In this document: one piece after another, positions 17,785-25,260 of the stretch
How the letters are laid out: each line of letters opens with the position of its first letter
Position numbering within the stretch: the first letter of the stretch is position 1
NCBI GenBank assembly: GCA_023129115.1
Contig: JAGMCR010000017.1
Span: 1 to 64,000, forward strand
From: Candidatus Iainarchaeum sp.
GTDB taxonomy: Archaea; B1Sed10-29; WALL01
Direction of reading: 5' to 3'
DNA: 64,000 nucleotides
Position numbers and translations under genes: made by a program
Notes under the pieces: generated by a model
What the model saw: the letters and a program-made list of their open reading frames with translations, nothing else
Told to the model about the DNA's origin: nothing
Database searches by the model: none

Positions 17785-19805
17785 GAATCATCGTGGCGGA
17801 AAAAGCCATCGCAGCAAAACGTATTGCCGAAATACTGGGCTCGAAGGCGCCGAAGGCAATCCGCGAGGGAAAGACCACGGTGTACGACATCGGCGACGAC
17901 ACGCTCGTCATTCCAATGAGCGGCCACGTCTTGAACGTTGACTACCCGCCCCAGTACAACAACTGGCGCGCCACGAACCTGAACCAGCTCATCAGGGCGC
18001 CGCTCCAGTACAAGCCGTCAATGCCCTCAATCGTCAATGCGCTGAAGAAGTACGCCAAGAACGCGACCCGCATCACCATCGCGACGGACTACGACACCGA
18101 GGGCGAGTCCATCGGCCTTGAGGCCATCACCATAATCAACAAGAAAATCCAGGTCGACCGCGCCCACTTCTCTGCCATCACTCCCGAAGAAGTAAAGCAC
18201 GCGTTCGGCCACCTGGTCGAGCTGGACTACAACCTCGCGGACTCCGCGGACTGCCGGCGCGAGGTCGACTTGATTTGGGGCGCCGTGCTCACGCGGTTCG
18301 TGTCGCTTGCGTCCGGCCGCCTGGGCCGGGACTTTCTGTCGGTCGGCCGCGTCCAGACCCCCATGCTCGCCCTCATCGTTGACCGCGAGAAGGAGAGGCG
18401 CGCGTTCAAGCCCACGCCGTACTGGGAAATGCTCGCAATCTTCCACAAGCAAAAGGACTTCGAGGCCCAGCACTCGAGGGGCAGGTTTCTGGAGGAGCCG
18501 AAAGAGCTCTACAAAAAGCTGAAGACAGAAAAAACCGGAACGGTCAAAAGCGTCCAGAAAAAGAAGAAGAACCTTTCGCCGCCCACGCCGTTCAACACGA
18601 CTGAATTCCTCCGCTCCGCGAGCGGCATCGGCGTCGGGCCGTCCAGGGCCATGAGCCTCGCCGAGTCGCTGTACACCTCCGGCTTCATCAGCTATCCGCG
18701 CACCGACAACACTGTTTTCCCCGAGTCAATCAAACTAAAGCAAATCGTCGAATCCTTTCGTGGAAGTGAGTTCGACAAGGAGGCGAAGCTCGTCCTCTCC
18801 CAGAAAAAGCTCGTGCCGACGAAGGGAAAGAAGCAGACCACGGACCACCCCCCAATCCACCCGGTCGCGCCCGCGTCAAGCAAAGTCCTGCCGGCTGACC
18901 AGTGGAAGGTCTATGAATTAATCGTGCGGCGATTTTTCGCGACCCTGCTGCCGAAGTGCGAGCTGGACACGGTCCGCGCGGTCATCGACTTGGCGGGCGA
19001 GGACTTCATCGCGAACGGCCAGACAATCCACGTCCCGGGGTGGAAAGAGGTCTACACTTATTCCAAGACCAAGGAGGTCGAGCTGCCGCACCTAGAGAAG
19101 GGCGACTCTGTCGAGGTCAAGGACTTGTCTTTGCTCGCGAAGGAGACGCAGCCGCCCAAGCTCTACACCCCGGCAGCCCTCATAAAAGAGCTCGAGGACA
19201 AGAACCTGGGCACGAAGTCGACTCGCCCGGCCATAATCAAGAAGCTGCTGGACCGGCACTATATCCGCGGCACGAAGAACTACGAGCCGACCGAGATGGC
19301 GTTCGCGGTAATCAGCGTGCTCGAGAAGGTAGCCCCTGACATCACGAGCCCCAAGATGACCTCGGAGCTCGAGAAAGAGATGCAGCAGATTGGCGGCGGC
19401 AAGAAGGAAAAGCCGGTCGTCGTCGACGAATCGCGCAAGATGCTCGGCGTAATCCTTGACGAGCTCACCCGCGGCCACGGCGAGATAAGCAAGTCGCTCC
19501 GCGGCGCAGTCTCCGAGGCGAACACCATCGCCAAGTGCGAGTGTGGGGGGGACCTGCGCATCATCACTTCCCGGGCGTCCGGCAAGCGCTTCGTTGGATG
19601 TTCACGGTATAATGAAGGCTGCCGCGTCTCGTACCCCTTGCCGCAGAAGGGCAAGGTAATCCCGCTGGGCACCACGTGCGAGTCGTGCGGCTCCCCGAAA
19701 GTCAAGATAATCCACGGCAGGCGCAGCTACGAAATATGCCTCGACATGAACTGCGAGACCAAGAAGGACTGGGGCAAGAGGAAGAAGAAGCCTAAGGCTT
19801 CCTGA
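17781..19805 (+). CDS. topA: DNA topoisomerase IA
   Basis: AEK Toprim, ATDYDTEGE, SVGRVQTP, ISYPRTD (catalytic Tyr), LGTKSTR, C-terminal Zn ribbons. Confidence 0.97.
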   Translation: MRIIVAEKAIAAKRIAEILGSKAPKAIREGKTTVYDIGDDTLVIPMSGHVLNVDYPPQYNNWRATNLNQLIRAPLQYKPSMPSIVNALKKYAKNATRITIATDYDTEGESIGLEAITIINKKIQVDRAHFSAITPEEVKHAFGHLVELDYNLADSADCRREVDLIWGAVLTRFVSLASGRLGRDFLSVGRVQTPMLALIVDREKERRAFKPTPYWEMLAIFHKQKDFEAQHSRGRFLEEPKELYKKLKTEKTGTVKSVQKKKKNLSPPTPFNTTEFLRSASGIGVGPSRAMSLAESLYTSGFISYPRTDNTVFPESIKLKQIVESFRGSEFDKEAKLVLSQKKLVPTKGKKQTTDHPPIHPVAPASSKVLPADQWKVYELIVRRFFATLLPKCELDTVRAVIDLAGEDFIANGQTIHVPGWKEVYTYSKTKEVELPHLEKGDSVEVKDLSLLAKETQPPKLYTPAALIKELEDKNLGTKSTRPAIIKKLLDRHYIRGTKNYEPTEMAFAVISVLEKVAPDITSPKMTSELEKEMQQIGGGKKEKPVVVDESRKMLGVILDELTRGHGEISKSLRGAVSEANTIAKCECGGDLRIITSRASGKRFVGCSRYNEGCRVSYPLPQKGKVIPLGTTCESCGSPKVKIIHGRRSYEICLDMNCETKKDWGKRKKKPKAS

Positions 19806-20607
19806 ATTTTGGCTCTTTTATTTTCCTGTACACGAATTTCCCCGGGCCTTTTTCTTCCATTCTCTTGAGGCCAAAGCTCTTGACTTCCTTGTCGCTTCTG
19901 AACTGGTAGTCCGTAACCACAAACCCATTTTTGAGTGTTGCCCTCACCTGGTGGAACAAAAACGCCTGCTGGATTGGTGTGCGGGGCTTTCGGTCGAGGT
20001 TATTCAGTATCCTGAGGGCAAACGTGAGGTGTGCCCGCTTGCGTGGCAGGACTAGCAGGTGGTTCTGCATCATGACCCTGAACTTTCTTTGGATTGGGCG
20101 GACGTTTATCCTGTACTCGTCTCGATTAAATGCTTCATTGCGGACTTTTTTCCGCCTGTGCTTCAGGAATTCTTCGTGGTAGTTGGCGACCTCTTTACTG
20201 AGCCCATAAAACTGCTTCACTAGCTCAGTCATGGCGAACGTCAATGTGGGGTAGTCTTTTTTGTAGAGGTCTTCGGTATACCAGTGTTGATTGATTATGT
20301 TTATTTCGTAGTCCCTCTTGTTTTTTTCGAGTTGGTTCACTATTTCGTATGGCTCTGAGCACGCCTCGGGCTTCCCGTACCAGTGGCCCAGGCTATTCGG
20401 CGCCCCCCCGGGGCCTGCCTTTGTGCCGGGGCCTATGTCGTGCACAATAACCTTTTTGGCGTTGATTTTCGGGATTATTTCTTTCCCGATGAATTCCATG
20501 AGGGGCCAGTGCCTTGCGAACCACGTCCCGTCAGCCGTGCCCCTGTTCCGCTGGTCTTTGGCACTAGCCAACTTCAGGACTTTGTTGTACCCCTCTTTCG
20601 TAAGCAC
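19792..20607 (-). CDS. Divergent CheR-like SAM-dependent methyltransferase (orphan)
   Basis: TWFARH, IVHDIGPG, SEPYEI, LTFALRIL and QQAFLFHQVRATLKNG parallel the CheR motifs TxFFR, IWSAGC, EEPYS, LIFCRNVL and Q...LKPGG. Confidence 0.55.
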   Translation of the reverse strand: MLTKEGYNKVLKLASAKDQRNRGTADGTWFARHWPLMEFIGKEIIPKINAKKVIVHDIGPGTKAGPGGAPNSLGHWYGKPEACSEPYEIVNQLEKNKRDYEINIINQHWYTEDLYKKDYPTLTFAMTELVKQFYGLSKEVANYHEEFLKHRRKKVRNEAFNRDEYRINVRPIQRKFRVMMQNHLLVLPRKRAHLTFALRILNNLDRKPRTPIQQAFLFHQVRATLKNGFVVTDYQFRSDKEVKSFGLKRMEEKGPGKFVYRKIKEPKFRKP

Positions 20608-20645
20608 GGCTTAATTGATGGGCTTTTGGGCATATAAACCCTGAC

Positions 20646-21122
20646 CTAAACAACCTTTATCTTGTGTGTTTCTTTCAGTGTTTTGAATCCAACCATTCCG
20701 AGCCCGCGGCCGTTTCCTTCGCCAAGGGCTCTCGCGACTTTTTTTATCACGTGCGTATACTCGTCTCGGTCCTTTACGCGAAATTTTATCAGGTAGTCCC
20801 ACTCGCCAGAGATGAAGAACACTTCAAGCACTTCGGGAATCGCAGCCAGTTTTTTTGGAATATCGTTAACAACATCCAGATCTTTTGTGAGTGGCACACG
20901 GCCAAGGGTAAACGCCACAAATCCCCTATTGGTTTTCTCTGGGTCAAGCGTTGCGCTAAACCCGGTAACATATCCCTCTCGCGTGAGCTTGTCAATCTTC
21001 GTCTTCACGGTCGACGTCGGCAGCTTGAGCTTGTGCGCCAGCATCGTGACCCTCGGGACGCACGCGTCGTCCCCCTGCAGCAGGTTCAAGAGCTTCTTGT
21101 CCTCTGCTTTAAGCCCCTTCAT
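20646..21122 (-). CDS. Lrp/AsnC family transcriptional regulator
   Basis: N-terminal HTH (LAHKLKLPTSTVKTKIDKL) and IPEVLEVFFISGEWDYLIK RAM domain. Confidence 0.93.
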   Translation of the reverse strand: MKGLKAEDKKLLNLLQGDDACVPRVTMLAHKLKLPTSTVKTKIDKLTREGYVTGFSATLDPEKTNRGFVAFTLGRVPLTKDLDVVNDIPKKLAAIPEVLEVFFISGEWDYLIKFRVKDRDEYTHVIKKVARALGEGNGRGLGMVGFKTLKETHKIKVV

Positions 21123-21124
21123 AA

Positions 21125-21168
21125 CGTATGATATGCGGTTTTTGGCATATAAACCCGTATGTTTTGCG
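21125..21168. promoter_or_regulatory. Putative Lrp operator pair flanking the lrp TATA box
   Basis: CGTATGATATGCG (21125) and CGTATGTTTTGCG (21156), 31 bp apart. Confidence 0.4.
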
Positions 21169-21217
21169 CATATAGTTCGGAAATCTTCTTTTAAACCCCT
21201 TGCAATAACTATTCAGG

Positions 21218-21661
21218 ATGCGGGGTGTCATACTTGGCTGCAGAAAGTTCAGGTACACAGATACCCACAAGTCCACTTGGCCGAAGGGGATTTTCCCAAC
21301 TGCGTTCGGCAGCGGCGAGTTCCGTGACGCCATAGTGGTCTTGTCCTGCATCGAAAAAGGGGACAAGATGGAGTACGTCGAGTCGGCGGTGCAGAGGGTG
21401 GTGGAGCTGAACAACGCGTTCCACCGCAAGAAGAAAGTTGTAGTCCTGCCCTTCGCGCACTTGTCGAACAGGCTGGAGCACCCGCGCAAGGCCCTCCCGC
21501 TGCTGGTGCGCTTTCAGGAGCGCCTGCAGGAAGAAGGGTTTTCGGTTGGCTCGGCAACATTCGGCACGGACAAGGAGGCTTTGTTCGACGTCCTCGGCCA
21601 CCGCGCGAGCGTGTCGTACTTCGAGTTCCCCTATGATGGAAAGCCAGAGCTAAAGGAATAA
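21218..21661 (+). CDS. Free-standing archaeal threonyl-tRNA synthetase editing domain protein
   Basis: DAIVVLSCIEKGD, VVLPFAHLS, FG..K and GH motifs of the DTD-like ThrRS editing domain. Confidence 0.85.
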   Translation: MRGVILGCRKFRYTDTHKSTWPKGIFPTAFGSGEFRDAIVVLSCIEKGDKMEYVESAVQRVVELNNAFHRKKKVVVLPFAHLSNRLEHPRKALPLLVRFQERLQEEGFSVGSATFGTDKEALFDVLGHRASVSYFEFPYDGKPELKE

Positions 21662-21716
21662 AAATAATAGAAACAAAAACTAATGAATACAAAGTGAGGG
21701 GAAGAAAGGTGAGTGA

Positions 21717-22115
21717 ATGAAGATTCCTGAAGAAGCAAAAAAACTTTTTGATGGCCAGGACATCGTGGCATTCGGCACTGCCGACGCGAATGGCGTGCCC
21801 AACGTGTGCGCAGTGTTCTGGAAGAAAGTAACTGGCGACGACACTATTCTGATACTGGACAATTTTTTCAAGCAGACGAAACAAAACCTCGCAGAGAACA
21901 ACAAGGTTTGCATCTCTTTCTGGAACAGTTCCACAGAAGAGGGGTACAAGCTCAAGGGCACTGCGACCTACTACACAGAAGGCCCGGTGTTCGAGCAAGG
22001 AAAGGCATGGATGCAGTCCAAAAAGCCCGACCGCACTCCACGCGGCGTTGTCGAAGTAAAGATAGACCAAGTCTTTTCCATCACGCCGGGCGAGCACGCT
22101 GGAGAGCTGTTATAA
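21717..22115 (+). CDS. Pyridoxamine 5'-phosphate oxidase family (FMN-binding split barrel) protein
   Basis: GTADANGVPNV, DNFFKQTKQNL, GYKLKG and ITPG motifs. Confidence 0.88.
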   Translation: MKIPEEAKKLFDGQDIVAFGTADANGVPNVCAVFWKKVTGDDTILILDNFFKQTKQNLAENNKVCISFWNSSTEEGYKLKGTATYYTEGPVFEQGKAWMQSKKPDRTPRGVVEVKIDQVFSITPGEHAGELL

Positions 22116-22147
22116 CTTTTTATACTGCCCCGCAAATAACACGGTGG

Positions 22148-22876
22148 ATGGAAATCGAGCTGGACTTGAAGAAGTCCCTGCACGAGAACGCGGGCGACTA
22201 CTACGACCGCGCCAAGAAAATGAAGAAAAAGGCCGTGGGCGCCCGCGAGGCGCTCGAGCGCAGCAAGAAAGAGCTCGAGTCCACACGCGAAGTCGAGAAG
22301 CCCACGCAACTCGAAAAGAAAAGAAAGCGCGGCTGGTTCGAAAAATACCACTGGCTCACGACAACGAACGGCTTCCTCGCAGTGGCCGGTCGTGACGCCA
22401 AGAGCAACGAGGCCCTCGTCAAGCGCCAGATGAAGAAAAACGACTTGTTCTTCCACGCCGACATACAAGGAGCCGCAGCCACAATACTCATCGACGGCCA
22501 GGAAGCAGACAAGCAGGACCGCGATGACGCGGCCCGCCTCGCCGCAGTCTTTTCCAAGGCCTGGACCGCAGGCGTCGGGGCAATTGACGTCTACTCGGTA
22601 AGGCCCGAGCAGGTCAAGACCGCGGCCAAGCCAGGCGAGTTCCTCGGCAAGGGCTCGTTCGTGATGGAGGGAAAGCGCGAGTGGTTCAAAAAAACCCCGC
22701 TCGAAATCTTTGCCTTCCTCGACGGCGACGTCCCTTCCTTGTCCACCAAAGAAGGAATCAAAATCACTCCGGGCAAGACCAAGAAAAGCGACCTGGCGAA
22801 GAAGCTCAGGGCCAAGTTCGGTGGAGCGCTGGACGACTGGATGCTCGCCCTCCCCAGCGGGGGTGACCTAAAGTGA
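22148..22876 (+). CDS. NFACT-R (DUF814) domain protein, short Rqc2/NEMF-like
   Basis: SLHENAGDYY..AKK, WFEKYHW, GRDAKSNE, FFHADIQGA and GSFVMEGKR motifs; no NFACT-N. Confidence 0.88.
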   Translation: MEIELDLKKSLHENAGDYYDRAKKMKKKAVGAREALERSKKELESTREVEKPTQLEKKRKRGWFEKYHWLTTTNGFLAVAGRDAKSNEALVKRQMKKNDLFFHADIQGAAATILIDGQEADKQDRDDAARLAAVFSKAWTAGVGAIDVYSVRPEQVKTAAKPGEFLGKGSFVMEGKREWFKKTPLEIFAFLDGDVPSLSTKEGIKITPGKTKKSDLAKKLRAKFGGALDDWMLALPSGGDLK

Positions 22877-23055
22877 AGTCGGTCTCCCAGCTCGCGCACG
22901 AGCCCGGGTTCGCACTCGCCCTGGCCGCAGCATTCATACTCGCTGGCTGGAACCTCGCCTATGGCTCGTGGTGGATAGGCGCCATATTCCTCGTACTCAT
23001 TATGGGCTCGATAGGCCTTAACGTCTGGAAAACCAGAAAACTTAAAAAGGGCTGA
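22873..23055 (+). CDS. Small membrane protein
   Basis: Two hydrophobic helices; GTGA overlap. Confidence 0.6.
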   Translation: MKSVSQLAHEPGFALALAAAFILAGWNLAYGSWWIGAIFLVLIMGSIGLNVWKTRKLKKG

Positions 23056-23070
23056 ATGAGTTAGCCCCGT

Positions 23071-23634
23071 GTGGTAATGGATGTCACTACCTCAGTGCCG
23101 CTGTTGAACGCCCTGCTATCGGCATCCCTAACAATATTCTTCTTCCACAGGTCGCGGCTCAGGGACTACCGCAAGCTCATGCTCGTCGGCCTGTTCGCCT
23201 TCACCACCATAGCGTCAGTGCTCAGCATCTTCTTCGCGGCCCCGTTCGCAGTCATGTACCCCGTTGTCGGGCTGCTCATGATTTCGCTCTCGTTCGCCGA
23301 GTGGTTCGAGGACAGGTGGCTTAAGCCAATCTGCCTCTCATACCTCGCGCTCGGCGCTCTCTCGCTTGTCGCAGCGTCCTTTCTCGGCTTCACAATCTAC
23401 GAACAGCTCGGCGACCTGCGCGGATTCATCGCCCTCGTCCTATCCCTCATAACCATCGGGATGTTCGGCAGGACCTACTTCCGGACCTGGAACCTAAAGA
23501 TGCTAGTCTTCCTGGTCTCGGTCCTCTTCTTCATGGGCGCAGCGCTCATGGGCGTCGCGGGATTCGACTTTTTGGCGGAATACGCGAGGATGGCGGCCTA
23601 CGCCATGTTCGCCGTGCCCTTCATTCTAAAGTAA
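23071..23634 (+). CDS. Hypothetical polytopic membrane protein
   Basis: About 7 hydrophobic segments. Confidence 0.72.
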   Translation: MVMDVTTSVPLLNALLSASLTIFFFHRSRLRDYRKLMLVGLFAFTTIASVLSIFFAAPFAVMYPVVGLLMISLSFAEWFEDRWLKPICLSYLALGALSLVAASFLGFTIYEQLGDLRGFIALVLSLITIGMFGRTYFRTWNLKMLVFLVSVLFFMGAALMGVAGFDFLAEYARMAAYAMFAVPFILK

Positions 23635-23681
23635 AAAAAAGGTTGGAGCATTGCCCCAGAAACGAGTAGGGGCGTTGCTCC
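23633..23681 (-). terminator. Hairpin plus U-tract terminator
   Basis: GGAGCATTGCCCC and GGGGCGTTGCTCC arms (23645-23681) followed on the minus strand by T8 (A-run 23633-23640). Confidence 0.6.
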
Positions 23682-23692
23682 GGTAGGGCTCT

Positions 23693-23851
23693 CTATGCTA
23701 GGTGGGAGAGGTGTGTTAGTGTAGCGTGCAGTTCCCGGGCAATCCGCCGGTTGCCGCGGGTTCTTTCGAGCGTCGCCAGCAATGCATCTGCATAATAAGT
23801 TGCTTCATTTTTGGACAAGCTCTTTACCTGGTTCCCAAGCAATACCTTCAC
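23693..23851 (-). CDS. Small hypothetical protein (52 aa)
   Basis: TATATAAA (23883-23890), SD GGTGA, GTG start MKVLLGNQVKSLSKNEATYY, terminator downstream. Confidence 0.55.
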   Translation of the reverse strand: MKVLLGNQVKSLSKNEATYYADALLATLERTRGNRRIARELHATLTHLSHLA

Positions 23852-23985
23852 GCCATCACCGGCAATAGCTTCGCCGTTTTCATTTATATACCCCAAGGCA
23901 TTGCCGCCTTGCCGAGAAAAAGCGCCGTGAGCCGGAAAAGCGCTCCACAAGCGCGTTTCGCTCGGAAACGGCGTCTTGCCGAGAA

Positions 23986-24633
23986 TCAGATTACTCCTTT
24001 CCCCACAATCTTGAAGCTGACCCGCTGCCCGTCCTTCATGAAGGGGTGCTTCACCAGCCGCGCGTGCCTGTCCGAAGAGTGGGACAGCTCGACAATGGCC
24101 TTCGAGCCGTACCGCAGCGTGTCCCCGCCGGTGGGCTCAACCCGCCCAGTGTCCGGGTTCGTATAAACCTGGTTCGTCACCAGCACGGGAATATTCTTCT
24201 TCCTCGCGATGTCCAGCAGCGCCGCCGTCTGGAGCCCAAGCTCCTTATTCGCCTTGTGAGGCTCGTCGCGGTCGAGCTCGAGCCGGAAATGGTAAATAAT
24301 GCTGTCCACGACCACGAGCGCCAGGCCGTCAATCCCCCACGCCACGTCAATCGCCTCGGCCTGCTCGCTCATGCTCGCCGGCTCCCGCAAGACAATTGAC
24401 TTGAGCGCTTCCTTGCTCGGCTGCATCTGCTCCAGCCTCTTCAGGTTGAACGAGCCCTCGGGGTCGACGAACAAAACTTTCCCGCCCATCCTCGTCGCGT
24501 TAATCGAGGCCTGCAGCGCCAAGTTGCTCTTTCCCGAGCCAGCCGGCCCATAGACCTGCGTAATCAGCCTCGACGGCAGGCCGCCGCCAAGCAAGTCGTC
24601 TATTGGGCAGTTGAGGGGAATGTTTTCAATCAT
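23986..24633 (-). CDS. radB: DNA repair protein RadB
   Basis: DDLLGGG, GPAGSGKS, VVVDS, VTNQV and the RadB-type LVKHP motif; lacks the RadA N-domain. Confidence 0.9.
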   Translation of the reverse strand: MIENIPLNCPIDDLLGGGLPSRLITQVYGPAGSGKSNLALQASINATRMGGKVLFVDPEGSFNLKRLEQMQPSKEALKSIVLREPASMSEQAEAIDVAWGIDGLALVVVDSIIYHFRLELDRDEPHKANKELGLQTAALLDIARKKNIPVLVTNQVYTNPDTGRVEPTGGDTLRYGSKAIVELSHSSDRHARLVKHPFMKDGQRVSFKIVGKGVI

Positions 24634-25199
24634 CTCATGTGCTCCTTGTTGGCAGCCTGGATTTTTTTCCTGCACGCCGGGCAGAATATGCCGGGCGGCT
24701 TGTTCTTTATCGCGCTTTTCTTTTCCTCGTCAGTGTGGCCCTTCGCCATTACACAAGGATTTTTGCAGTGCTTGCCCATCACGGCTTCGCCGAACTCGTG
24801 CTGAACCACGTATTCTATCGCTTCGTGTATGTCGGCCACGTTCTTACTCCCCATGGCGTTCCTAATCGCCTTGACCGAGCAAATCATTGTATTGCCGCGC
24901 GAGTGCCCCCACACGTTCTCCACGCCTTTGCCGGTAATCTTCTTGTTCGTCAAGTGCACGCGCAGGTGGAACTTGCTGTCCAGAACGTCCGCCAACGCCT
25001 CCGCGTCGACAAACTTTTTCTCGGCGTCAAAAAACTTTTTCTCGTCTTCATCAAACTTCTTGGCACTTCCCCTGACCAACAGAGGAAGCAATTCCATGTC
25101 GAGCCCGGTATGCTCCTTAATCTCTTCAAGTGCCTTTATGGCATGCACAACCTCTTCTTCTTTGACCCCAGCCGAGCGCGTTACGTAAATCGGTATCAT
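24630..25199 (-). CDS. Archaemetzincin-like zinc metalloprotease with variant motif
   Basis: [18 protein letters not shown] and FCPAC. Confidence 0.65.
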   Translation of the reverse strand: MIPIYVTRSAGVKEEEVVHAIKALEEIKEHTGLDMELLPLLVRGSAKKFDEDEKKFFDAEKKFVDAEALADVLDSKFHLRVHLTNKKITGKGVENVWGHSRGNTMICSVKAIRNAMGSKNVADIHEAIEYVVQHEFGEAVMGKHCKNPCVMAKGHTDEEKKSAIKNKPPGIFCPACRKKIQAANKEHMR

Positions 25200-25260
25200 A
25201 GCCCTCTCTCTCGCTCAGCTATTTATACCCCCTCCAACTAATATACCCACTACCCCTGAG

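Noticed and set aside
19785-19802. Palindrome GAAGCCTAAGGCTTC at the topA/orphan overlap
   Set aside because: Short and within overlapping coding ends; chance is likely.
23895-23985. tRNA, SRP RNA or RNase P RNA
   Set aside because: No T-loop GTTCRA cloverleaf or SRP/RNase P consensus motifs recognised.
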